Translations under genes and position numbers: made by a program
Notes under the pieces: model-generated
Seen by the model: the letters and a program-made list of their open reading frames with translations, nothing else
What the model was told of the DNA's origin: nothing
Databases searched by the model: none
Virus record (IMG/VR): IMGVR_UViG_3300037502_003770
Location: 124,001-188,000 of that record
Direction: 5' to 3' (one strand)
DNA length: 64,000 nucleotides
In this document: positions 55,838 to 64,000 of the stretch, one piece after another
How the letters are laid out: each line of letters opens with the position of its first letter
Numbering within the stretch: position 1 is the stretch's first letter

Positions 55838-58236
55838 TGAATATTAAGAAATATTTAGAAGGTAAATCAATTACAGAAGCCGAATATAAAGGAAGAAAAG
55901 TAAGTTTAAATAAACCTTTCAGAACACCAGGCGGACCTAAGAAATTTAGTGTGTATGTTAAAAATGAAAAAGATAATGTAGTTAAAGTTAATTTTGGAGA
56001 CCCAAATATGAGGATTAAAAGAAATTCCCCTGAAAGAAGAAAAAGTTTTAGAGCAAGACACAAATGTGATACACCAGGTCCAAAAACAAAAGCAAGATAT
56101 TGGAGTTGTCAAGCAGGTTGGAATAAAACAAAATCTGTAAAGGATTTAATTAAGGAAGAATATAAAAGTAAATCATCTCATTTTAGATGGGAAGATACTT
56201 ATAAGAGTGAAGAACAGGCTTGTAGTGATTATATGGCTGGTGTTAATTCTTCAAGTGGGACTATACAAATAGTAGACCCAAAAATTTCTTGTTATTATGA
56301 ATTATGTAAAATATCAGTTTCAAAAAATTGGTCAAATTTAAAATTTATATCAGGTGCTTATCTTGAAAATTATGATGATATATGTTTAATTGCTATTAAA
56401 CAAGATGAGAGTGCTTTTCGTTTTATTGAAATTAAATTTGTTAAATCTAATAATTTAAAACAAATGTATAACGAATATCATCAGAAATATTTAGATAGAG
56501 AAACAACTTGGGATAATAGTACTAAAGAAGATTATAGGAATTATTACGGATTAAATAATATTAATGAAAGTAAAACTTCAATTAAAAAAATAATTACTGA
56601 AGAAATACTAAAACAATTAAAAGAAAATACTCAAACAAAAGAATATGAAAATCATTTAAAAGATAAATTAAGAAAAAATGGTTTAGCTTTACAGGATGTA
56701 CCAAAAGATATTATTAATTATGATTTATTATGTAAGATAGCTCTTACACAAAATGGTCATGCTATTCAATTTATAGACCCTTCAAACGAATCATATTATC
56801 AGTTTTGTCAAATTGCAATTAGACAAAATCCTTATTCAATATCTTTAATTGATGAAAATAGTTTTTCTGAAAAAGAACTTTATTTCCGTCTTTGTGAAAG
56901 AGCTTATTTAATTAATCCTGATGTAATTAAATCTATTCCGCAAGAATATCAAGAGAAATTAAAAACTTCTTTTAATAATCCAGAATATAGAAAAGAAAAA
57001 GAAAATCAATTTCCTCAATCTGGTGATATTATGGAATCAGATGACCTTCAAGAAGGTTGGAGAGATAATATAACAAAAGTATTAGCTGGTTTGTCTTTAA
57101 TTACAACTTTAAATACAGGTGTTTCTTTTGCAAAAGGTGGTGAAAAAGATAGGGCTGTTAAAGAATATATTTCAAAGAAATTTACTGGGAATATTGAAGA
57201 TGTTGCTGGCTATACAAAAGGTGGTTATCCTGTTTATAAAAAAGATTCTCCTTCAGCAAAAGAATTCAATGCTAAATATAATAATGCTATTGAAAATAAA
57301 ATTCCTTCTTTTGAATATAACGGTTTTACTTATCAAGTAAATAATAATAGTAGGGAAAAATTAGATATTTTAGGTATTGCTCAATTAGGTCTTAAAACCG
57401 ATTTAAAACAACCTGAAATTAGTAATAAGCGTTATGATGTACCAGCTGTTAAAAGTGTCTCTGAGCCTGAAAGTGGGGGTAATTCAGTAGATAATAGTAA
57501 GAGTACAAACATATCCAAATTTAATAAGAATAAAATTTATGATTTATCGGCAGAAATAAATAATAATATTCGTAATAGTGATAATGAATGGTTTGAATTA
57601 CCTGATGATTATATGAAGTATTTAAAATCGTATGGTAAAGAAATCCAATCAACTTACAACGTTAAAGGTTTAAGAGATACAAAAACAAATAAGATTTATT
57701 TAGCTTTACCAAAAACTAAAGAAGGTGTTAATTCATACATACAAATATTTAAAAAATATATTTTACCAAAAATGAAAGGTATTGAAGCCGTTAAAACTTT
57801 AGATGGTAAAGTTGTTTCAGTACAAGATTTCTTAGGTGGTCAATTAAATGAATTATTGTTATTTAATAAAGATGCAAGGAAAAAAGGTTTTGACGCTGAA
57901 CAAGAAAAATATAAAGATAATCCAAACGCTATTCATTATAAATCAGAACCTCAACCCACAGCAAAATATAAACCTAAAACAAATTCAATATACGATGTAG
58001 TGGATAGTAAAAAATTAAAAGAGGAAAATGAGTCTAATAATTATGTAAAAGAAATTTTATATAGACATAAACGTGGTAATAAATGGCATGAATTACCATT
58101 ATTTCTACATGGTAAACCTATGAATCTTACATATGAAAAAGCATTAAAATATGTTGAAGAAAATTTTGGCGTTTTTAAAGTTATTAATAAAAATATTTTA
58201 AAAAGTCAAGATGATATAATTAAAATAAAATTCTAA
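55837..58236 (+). CDS. multi-module protein: basic RRKSFRARH(K/N)C domain, DUF4116-like modules and others, separated by x-x-E sites
   Basis: ITEAEYKGRKVSLNKP...FGDPNM..RRKSFRARHKC..KARYWSC; LIKEE, INES..ITEE..LKEN, LQEG, LNE, LKEE. Confidence 0.7.
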   Translation: MNIKKYLEGKSITEAEYKGRKVSLNKPFRTPGGPKKFSVYVKNEKDNVVKVNFGDPNMRIKRNSPERRKSFRARHKCDTPGPKTKARYWSCQAGWNKTKSVKDLIKEEYKSKSSHFRWEDTYKSEEQACSDYMAGVNSSSGTIQIVDPKISCYYELCKISVSKNWSNLKFISGAYLENYDDICLIAIKQDESAFRFIEIKFVKSNNLKQMYNEYHQKYLDRETTWDNSTKEDYRNYYGLNNINESKTSIKKIITEEILKQLKENTQTKEYENHLKDKLRKNGLALQDVPKDIINYDLLCKIALTQNGHAIQFIDPSNESYYQFCQIAIRQNPYSISLIDENSFSEKELYFRLCERAYLINPDVIKSIPQEYQEKLKTSFNNPEYRKEKENQFPQSGDIMESDDLQEGWRDNITKVLAGLSLITTLNTGVSFAKGGEKDRAVKEYISKKFTGNIEDVAGYTKGGYPVYKKDSPSAKEFNAKYNNAIENKIPSFEYNGFTYQVNNNSREKLDILGIAQLGLKTDLKQPEISNKRYDVPAVKSVSEPESGGNSVDNSKSTNISKFNKNKIYDLSAEINNNIRNSDNEWFELPDDYMKYLKSYGKEIQSTYNVKGLRDTKTNKIYLALPKTKEGVNSYIQIFKKYILPKMKGIEAVKTLDGKVVSVQDFLGGQLNELLLFNKDARKKGFDAEQEKYKDNPNAIHYKSEPQPTAKYKPKTNSIYDVVDSKKLKEENESNNYVKEILYRHKRGNKWHELPLFLHGKPMNLTYEKALKYVEENFGVFKVINKNILKSQDDIIKIKF

Positions 58237-58256
58237 ATTATAAAAAAAATAATAAT

Positions 58257-58862
58257 ATGAAAATTAAATCAAGTGAACTAAAAAAATTAATTAATGAAGC
58301 TATCGATACTGAAATGAAAGCTTTACTTAAAGAGGGTTATACCCAAGAACAATTAGATGAAATTGATTTTTCTAAAGTAGGGAACTTTTTCAAAGGTGCA
58401 GCTAGAGGTGTAAAAGATTTAGCTGTTGATACAAAGAAAAATTATTTTGATAATTCTGATTTAAATTTAGAAAGTGAAATAAAAAAACTTACTAAAATAT
58501 ATATGACTTTAAGTGAAGAAGTAGCTGATTTAACAGAAAATCTTTCTTCTATGAAGCAACAATTAAAAGATTTACAAAGAACAATTAAAGAAAAGAAATC
58601 TCAATTAGAGAAAATTAAAAAAGAAAGAGGTTCAGACCCTTACTTTAAGAAATATTCTCATGAAGATAGATATAAAAATGAGAAAAAACCTGTATCTAAA
58701 AAAGAACCTGAATCTAAGGAATCAACACCAGAAACAGAAAAAAGTAAACCTTCAATTGATGTAAATAGAGATGCTTCTACTTTTGAAAAAGACCCAAAAT
58801 CAGGACAAAGATTTAGAAGAAAAATGCAAGAAATGAAATTAAAAAGAAGTTTAAATAAATAA
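58257..58862 (+). CDS. coiled-coil protein with L/I-x-E leader
   Basis: LKKLINE...LLKE...LDEID. Confidence 0.7.
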   Translation: MKIKSSELKKLINEAIDTEMKALLKEGYTQEQLDEIDFSKVGNFFKGAARGVKDLAVDTKKNYFDNSDLNLESEIKKLTKIYMTLSEEVADLTENLSSMKQQLKDLQRTIKEKKSQLEKIKKERGSDPYFKKYSHEDRYKNEKKPVSKKEPESKESTPETEKSKPSIDVNRDASTFEKDPKSGQRFRRKMQEMKLKRSLNK

Positions 58863-58953
58863 ACTTTTATATTAAAAATAATTTACAATAAAAAAGCATA
58901 TATTCGTAAAAAATATATGCTTTTACTATTTAATAAAAAATATTGTACATACA

Positions 58954-60156
58954 ATGGATAACAAATTAAAACAAAGATTAAGAGCTTTAGGTGATGTAGA
59001 TAAAGTTAGAGTAAATGAAAATAAACTTTCTAATCTAATTTATCGTAAAAACACTATTAAAGGTGAAACTTTTGGTATTATAAATGAAAGTGGTAAATAC
59101 TTTATAAAAAAATCAAATAAATTAAATTCAGAAGATTCTAAAGATTTTGAATATATCGGTGGTTTAAAAAATAAATTACAAGAAAGTTATTCATCATATA
59201 ATTCAGCTTTACATAGATTAAATGAAAAAATTAAATTAATAAATGAATCCACAAAAGAAGAATTTATTGAAGATAAGAAAGAAGAAAAAACTGAAAAAGA
59301 AACTACTTCTGAAACAAAGAACACTATATTAGAAAAACTTTTATCTAAAATAGAAAAAAATGAAGGTAAAGAATGTGATTTATACAAAGATTTAGAAAGT
59401 GAAACTAAATCTATGTTAAATAAAGAAACTTTATCAAAAGACGATATTGATGATATTAAAAATATTTTAGATGACCACGATTGTTTAGATGAATATAGTT
59501 ATTTATTAAAGAAAAAAGTAAAAACTTCTGACAAAAAGGAAGAACCTTCAACTGATAAAGAAGAAAAGAAAGAAGAGCCTTTGGAAGAAAAACTAACTAA
59601 AGATGCTCGTGAAGAAAAACTTTTAAATAAATTAGATAAAGAAAAAGAAGATAATAATAAGCCAGTTCAACCAGCTGCGCCCGCACAACCTTCAGCTCCA
59701 GATATGATGGGTGGTGATTTACCTCCTGTTGATGATAAACCAATTGATACTAACGAACCTCAATTTGATTTGGGTGGTGAAGAAGGTGAATCGGAAGAAA
59801 GCATTGATACAACTGATAGCGAATCAGATGATGAAGAAAGTGAATCTGATGACCCAGCTAATGAAGCTTTAAAATTAATGGGTAAGATTACTAAGAATTG
59901 GGGTAAATTACAATCACCTGATAAAGACACCGCTAAAAATCTTTTTGGTCAATTAATTACTGCAACCAAAGAAGAAATTGGTGAAATGGATGATGAAGAA
60001 AAAACTAAAATTATCAAAAGAATTGAAAAGAATGGTGAGAAAATAGAGGAAGGTAAAAACTATACTATTCCAAGAGTTTCTATTAATGAAAATGTTAAAA
60101 ATTTAGTTAAAAAAATTGTTTCTGAAGAGATAAATAAATTTAAAGGTAAATTATAA
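58954..60156 (+). CDS. acidic/Pro-rich putative prohead core or scaffold-like protein
   Basis: Highly charged, PAAPAQP linker, many L/I-x-E sites, tail VKNLVKKIVSEE. Confidence 0.45.
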   Translation: MDNKLKQRLRALGDVDKVRVNENKLSNLIYRKNTIKGETFGIINESGKYFIKKSNKLNSEDSKDFEYIGGLKNKLQESYSSYNSALHRLNEKIKLINESTKEEFIEDKKEEKTEKETTSETKNTILEKLLSKIEKNEGKECDLYKDLESETKSMLNKETLSKDDIDDIKNILDDHDCLDEYSYLLKKKVKTSDKKEEPSTDKEEKKEEPLEEKLTKDAREEKLLNKLDKEKEDNNKPVQPAAPAQPSAPDMMGGDLPPVDDKPIDTNEPQFDLGGEEGESEESIDTTDSESDDEESESDDPANEALKLMGKITKNWGKLQSPDKDTAKNLFGQLITATKEEIGEMDDEEKTKIIKRIEKNGEKIEEGKNYTIPRVSINENVKNLVKKIVSEEINKFKGKL

Positions 60157-60165
60157 TTAGAAAGA

Positions 60166-60594
60166 ATGGATATAACATTATTACTTAGTATACTAGGTCC
60201 GATTATCTTGAGTGAGAGTATTACTTATTTTAAGGTTATACCTGAATTAAAGGGTAAAATAATTTCTTTAGAAGAAAAAACTTTAAACTTGGAAGCTGAA
60301 TATAAAAGTAATACAGATAACAGTAATGAATCAACTAAAGAATTAGTTAAAATTACAGAGAAGTTAGAAAACTTAGAAAAATCTAACAACGAACAAAAAC
60401 AAGAGAATAAAGAGTTATCTAAAATTGTTACAAAATTTGAAAATTTAGAAAAAAATTTTGACGAGCAAAAAAAAGAGAATAAAGAATTATATAAAGAAAT
60501 GCAAAAAACTTTAGAATTAAATACTTTAGCAATTGGTAAATTAGATACTACTTTAAAGAATTTAGAAAAAATGATTGATAGAACAAATAGTTAA
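60166..60594 (+). CDS. membrane-anchored coiled-coil protein
   Basis: Hydrophobic N-terminus, internal repeat (T/N)KELxKIxxKxENLEK. Confidence 0.65.
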   Translation: MDITLLLSILGPIILSESITYFKVIPELKGKIISLEEKTLNLEAEYKSNTDNSNESTKELVKITEKLENLEKSNNEQKQENKELSKIVTKFENLEKNFDEQKKENKELYKEMQKTLELNTLAIGKLDTTLKNLEKMIDRTNS

Positions 60595-61006
60595 TTTATT
60601 TATGAATGATTTATATTTAATATATGTTAAGGATTGTGGGGAAAATTTTAGAAAGGAAAGACTTTATGAATTTATTTTCTCCACAAAACCTGACGAAGCT
60701 ACAGGTGTTAACTGGCATTTAACATGTAAATATGGTGGGGTTGAACCTCCAGCTGATGAATTTATTGATTTTGTTTTAAAAGTTGAAATACCTGAATCAG
60801 AATTTACTTTAGAATTATTAGAAAATAGTACTGAATTTACATATTTTGATGGTGTTTATAATATTGTTGCTTTAGCTTGGGAATATATTGAAGACTATAA
60901 AGTATTTAATTTTGATAAGAAATTAACTGTATTTAAATACAGGGATTCATTAGAAAATATTAAAGAAATATTAGAAGATAAAGAAATAAATTTTTTAGAA
61001 TATTAA
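60575..61006 (+). CDS. hypothetical acidic protein (ATG at 60602 likely)
   Basis: ORF track. Confidence 0.7.
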   Translation: MIEQIVNLFMNDLYLIYVKDCGENFRKERLYEFIFSTKPDEATGVNWHLTCKYGGVEPPADEFIDFVLKVEIPESEFTLELLENSTEFTYFDGVYNIVALAWEYIEDYKVFNFDKKLTVFKYRDSLENIKEILEDKEINFLEY

Positions 61007-61061
61007 GATAATTACATTAAAATAATAAAAATCTCTATTTATAATAAAATAGAGATTTTTT

Positions 61062-62408
61062 ATGAAAAAACCAAAAATGTTAAAAAAAGCAGTAGAAGGA
61101 AGAGAAGATGCTACTGATATGATTGTACCTGATTATGTGTACACAGATAATGGGATTGAATTTGTAGATAGTATAAATTCTTTTCAGTATAATAATAAAG
61201 AGTATAAATTAAAAGAATTAACTGGTACTAGTTATAACGTACAATTTAGTATATCAAGATATATGAAAGTTGAACCTGATTTTGTATTTCATATATATGA
61301 TTTACAAACAAGAGAATTTACTTATAGAAAAGCTAAAGATTTAAAACTAGGTGATTATGTAATTCATAAAGACGAAATAAAACCTTATGTAAATAAAAAT
61401 AATAAAATAAATAAACTTTTTATTTTAGAAAAAGACTTTCTTTATTTTTATGGTTTAACTCTTAGAAATTTAGATAAATTAAATAAAAAAAACAATGACT
61501 TTGTAATTAAAAGAATTGGTAGATTTTCGTATATAGATGATATATTAAATAAAATAGACCCTGATTTTAAACATGATTCAATAAGTGATAAATTTACAGT
61601 AACACACCCTAGATTTAGAAAATTATTTAAAAGATTTCATATTAATTATAATGATAAAGTTTTAAAGGAATGGTTATTTACTTTAGATAAAGAAGCTATT
61701 ATAGATTTTTTAAGCGGTTACGCAGAAGGTCATATTAAAATAAGTGAATTTGATGGTGGATTAATGTCAACTAGTAATAATTTAGACAATATGTTAAAAA
61801 TTGCTTTACTTTTTAGACTAGTTGGTATTGAATGTACTGTTTTATCAAGACCTAGAAGACATTATAAGGGGAGATTAGATTTTCAATACTATCATAAATT
61901 TACAAGTGAAGGTGTTCAAAACTTTTATAATATAATTAAATTTAAAATACCTTCTAATAAAAAGAAGATAAGTAGAAGACCTAGAAAATTAGATAGGTCA
62001 ACAATTTTACCTGATATATTTTATCAAATACAAAAAGGTTTAGAACCAACAGATAAAAATATTTTAAGACCTATATTTCATGGTTATAGTAAACATAAAT
62101 GGTTTAAAGCTTTATATGGTTATAGTGCAAATATACAAAAAGCTTTAACTAGAAATTCATTTAAAAAAATATATTATGAACAGTTTTTACAACCTAATTT
62201 AGATAAAATAACTCTTTCTCAAGAATTTAAATCTAATTTAGAAAAATATTATTTAAGTGAAGAATACTCATTTATGGAAGTATCAAAAATAAGAATAAAA
62301 GAAAATGATGTATGGAAAAAAGTAGATAATGACGAACCATATTCATTTAGTGAATTTAGTTATATAGATTATATAGAAGAATGGAAGAAATTGCAAATAA
62401 AAAATTAA
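61062..62408 (+). CDS. free-standing degenerate intein (HINT) plus LAGLIDADG-like protein
   Basis: VYTDNG..I, KAKDLKLGDYV (HINT-N), FYGLTLRN and FLSGYAEG (LAGLIDADG-like), LLFRLVGIEC, FMEVSKIRI (HINT-C); no Cys1, block-B His or terminal HN. Confidence 0.6.
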   Translation: MKKPKMLKKAVEGREDATDMIVPDYVYTDNGIEFVDSINSFQYNNKEYKLKELTGTSYNVQFSISRYMKVEPDFVFHIYDLQTREFTYRKAKDLKLGDYVIHKDEIKPYVNKNNKINKLFILEKDFLYFYGLTLRNLDKLNKKNNDFVIKRIGRFSYIDDILNKIDPDFKHDSISDKFTVTHPRFRKLFKRFHINYNDKVLKEWLFTLDKEAIIDFLSGYAEGHIKISEFDGGLMSTSNNLDNMLKIALLFRLVGIECTVLSRPRRHYKGRLDFQYYHKFTSEGVQNFYNIIKFKIPSNKKKISRRPRKLDRSTILPDIFYQIQKGLEPTDKNILRPIFHGYSKHKWFKALYGYSANIQKALTRNSFKKIYYEQFLQPNLDKITLSQEFKSNLEKYYLSEEYSFMEVSKIRIKENDVWKKVDNDEPYSFSEFSYIDYIEEWKKLQIKN

Positions 62409-64000
62409 CAAAAGCTCAGATTACTGAAGAATTTATAAAAATTTCTTTGGATATAGAATATTTCGCTTTAAATTATTGTAAAGTAAAAGATAAAGCTAAA
62501 GGTGTTATAGGTCCTTTTAAAGTTATGCCTACACAAAAAAAGGTTTTAAAAGCTTATATGGAAAATGATTATGTAGGTGTTTTAAAATATAGGCAAGGAG
62601 GTATTACAACAGTAACTATTTTATATGTGTGTTGGTTAATTTGTACTCAAAATGATTTAAAAATTGCTATTGTTGCTGATAAACTTAAATTATCAATAAC
62701 AGATATTGTAATGCCAATACATAATATGTTAATGGATTTACCAGAGTGGCTTAGACCCACTTTATCAATCGATAGACAAGAGTTAAAACAATATAGTAAT
62801 GGATGTGTGCTAAAAGCAGTTGCAGCTTCTAAAGACGGTTTAAGAGGTATGTCTCCTGATTATTTAATAATTGATGAAGCAGCTTATTTACAATATGGTG
62901 AAGCATTTTGGACATCAGCATCAGGTACATTATCTGTCGCAGGGAAATGTATTATGATTTCAACACCTAATGGTCAAGACCCTGTTTATTTTGCTCAATA
63001 TGAAGCATCAAGAATAGGTGAAAGCGGATTTCATTTTGTGGAAATTAAATGGTATGAAGATATAAGATTTAATAAAGGGTTAGTTTGGAAACAAGGTAAT
63101 GAAATTATGGTTGAAGGTGAGGAAGCATTAGATGAAACAAAATTTAATGAATATATACAACTAGGTTATAAAGCTTCTTCTCCTTGGTATGTTACTATGT
63201 GTAAAACTTATTTTGGTGATAAAAAACGTATTGCTCAAGAAATTGAAAATAGTTTTATTGGTTCAGGTGGTGCAATGATACATGATGAAGATTTAATTAG
63301 ACATGAAAGAATTGCAAAAACTTTTCCATTTAGAGAATTAAATAGAGAACCGAATTTATGGATTTTTGAAGACCCTATTCCAACAGAAGATTATGTATTA
63401 TCAGCTGACGTTGCATCTGGAGGAGAAGATTATTCAACTTTTCAGATAGTTAGAATAGATAAAGTTTCAGGAAAATTAATTCAAGTTGCAGAATATCAAA
63501 ATAAAGTAAAAAATGATGTTTTAGCTCCAACTGTTTTTGAATTTGGTAGATTATATAATTTTGCTTATCTTGTTGTCGATGTTACAGGTTCACATGGTTT
63601 ACCTTTAGTTGAAAGATTAATAGAATTAAAATATCCTAACCTTCATTATAGTGATTATTCAACATCAGCTATTTCTGAAAGAATAGAAGGTTTAGAAAGT
63701 TTTGATGGTAAAAAACCTGGTTTTATTGTAGGGGGTGGTCAAATTAGACAATTAATATTGGCTAAATTTGAAGAAATGGTAAGACTTGATACTTTACAAA
63801 TTAGGTCAGTTAGATTAATTTCAGAAATGAAAACATTTGTATGGATGCCTTCAAAAAATAGATATGACCACACAAGAACTAAACACGATGACTTATTATT
63901 TGCTATGGCAATAGCTTGTTATGTTGTTGAATATTCTATTATTAAAAGTAAAAATAATAAAGAAGGTGTTAAAAATATGTTGGATAGTTGGACTTTTGTT
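62381..64000 (+). CDS. terL: terminase large subunit, T4 gp17-like (partial, runs off the window; not in track)
   Basis: MEEIANKKL...; adenine motif PTQ, Walker A KYRQGGITT, Walker B LIIDEAAY, coupling motif ISTPNG, nuclease ADVASG..DYS and HDDLLFA. Confidence 0.92.
   Translation, partial: MEEIANKKLTKAQITEEFIKISLDIEYFALNYCKVKDKAKGVIGPFKVMPTQKKVLKAYMENDYVGVLKYRQGGITTVTILYVCWLICTQNDLKIAIVADKLKLSITDIVMPIHNMLMDLPEWLRPTLSIDRQELKQYSNGCVLKAVAASKDGLRGMSPDYLIIDEAAYLQYGEAFWTSASGTLSVAGKCIMISTPNGQDPVYFAQYEASRIGESGFHFVEIKWYEDIRFNKGLVWKQGNEIMVEGEEALDETKFNEYIQLGYKASSPWYVTMCKTYFGDKKRIAQEIENSFIGSGGAMIHDEDLIRHERIAKTFPFRELNREPNLWIFEDPIPTEDYVLSADVASGGEDYSTFQIVRIDKVSGKLIQVAEYQNKVKNDVLAPTVFEFGRLYNFAYLVVDVTGSHGLPLVERLIELKYPNLHYSDYSTSAISERIEGLESFDGKKPGFIVGGGQIRQLILAKFEEMVRLDTLQIRSVRLISEMKTFVWMPSKNRYDHTRTKHDDLLFAMAIACYVVEYSIIKSKNNKEGVKNMLDSWTFV

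Noticed and set aside
1610-59387. Track ORFs 1610-1882, 3536-3766, 5450-5635, 9914-10114, 24431-24823, 25869-26126, 35013-35207, 41846-42043, 45334-45531, 55821-56063, 55906-56112, 57119-57340, 59187-59387
   Set aside because: Antisense or off-frame shadows of better supported genes
61062-64000. Intein inserted in TerL, or a frameshifted TerL-intein fusion
   Set aside because: TerL has its own complete N-terminus from 62381 in another frame, and the upstream ORF lacks splicing residues and terminase extein sequence
1-64000. Bacterial chromosome or eukaryotic giant virus origin
   Set aside because: T4-like terminase, spike and tail genes, Bacteroidota promoters and the absence of housekeeping genes point to a tailed phage

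Overview
A 64 kb piece of a very AT-rich large tailed dsDNA phage, probably a jumbo myovirus. The host is most likely Bacteroidota, because early genes have TTG(A/C)-N19-21-TAnnTTTG promoters and lack Shine-Dalgarno sites. The standard genetic code fits. There are three zones. (1) 1-23.1 kb, early/middle: a ParB-like protein, a sigma70-like factor, a solo IS605-family TnpB, and about 37 tandem ~100 aa paralogues that share only an N-terminal K-x-x-LI-x-(E/K)I helix and a C-terminal (S/P/T)LL(D/E)LQ(F/Y)I helix. They follow a second promoter class (TTAACA-N17-TAnTAT) that is often built into terminator hairpins. (2) 23.1-32.8 kb, putative origin region: opposed iteron-like arrays, repeated promoter-gene-terminator cassettes, a UvrD-like helicase, a near-perfect bacterial parS palindrome next to a G-quadruplex-type tract, and an apparent GC-skew switch. 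(3) 32.8-64 kb, late/virion region with CTATTTA promoters: tail completion, tape-measure-like, spike and LamG proteins, and a T4-like large terminase. It also holds a modular family of putative capsid-packaged proteins (DUF4116-like repeats, ADP-ribosyltransferase-like domains) joined by L-x-E linkers, including a 7-module 1659 aa polyprotein. A free-standing, apparently inactivated intein/LAGLIDADG protein overlaps the terminase start. All calls come from reading motifs by eye; no database searches were run.
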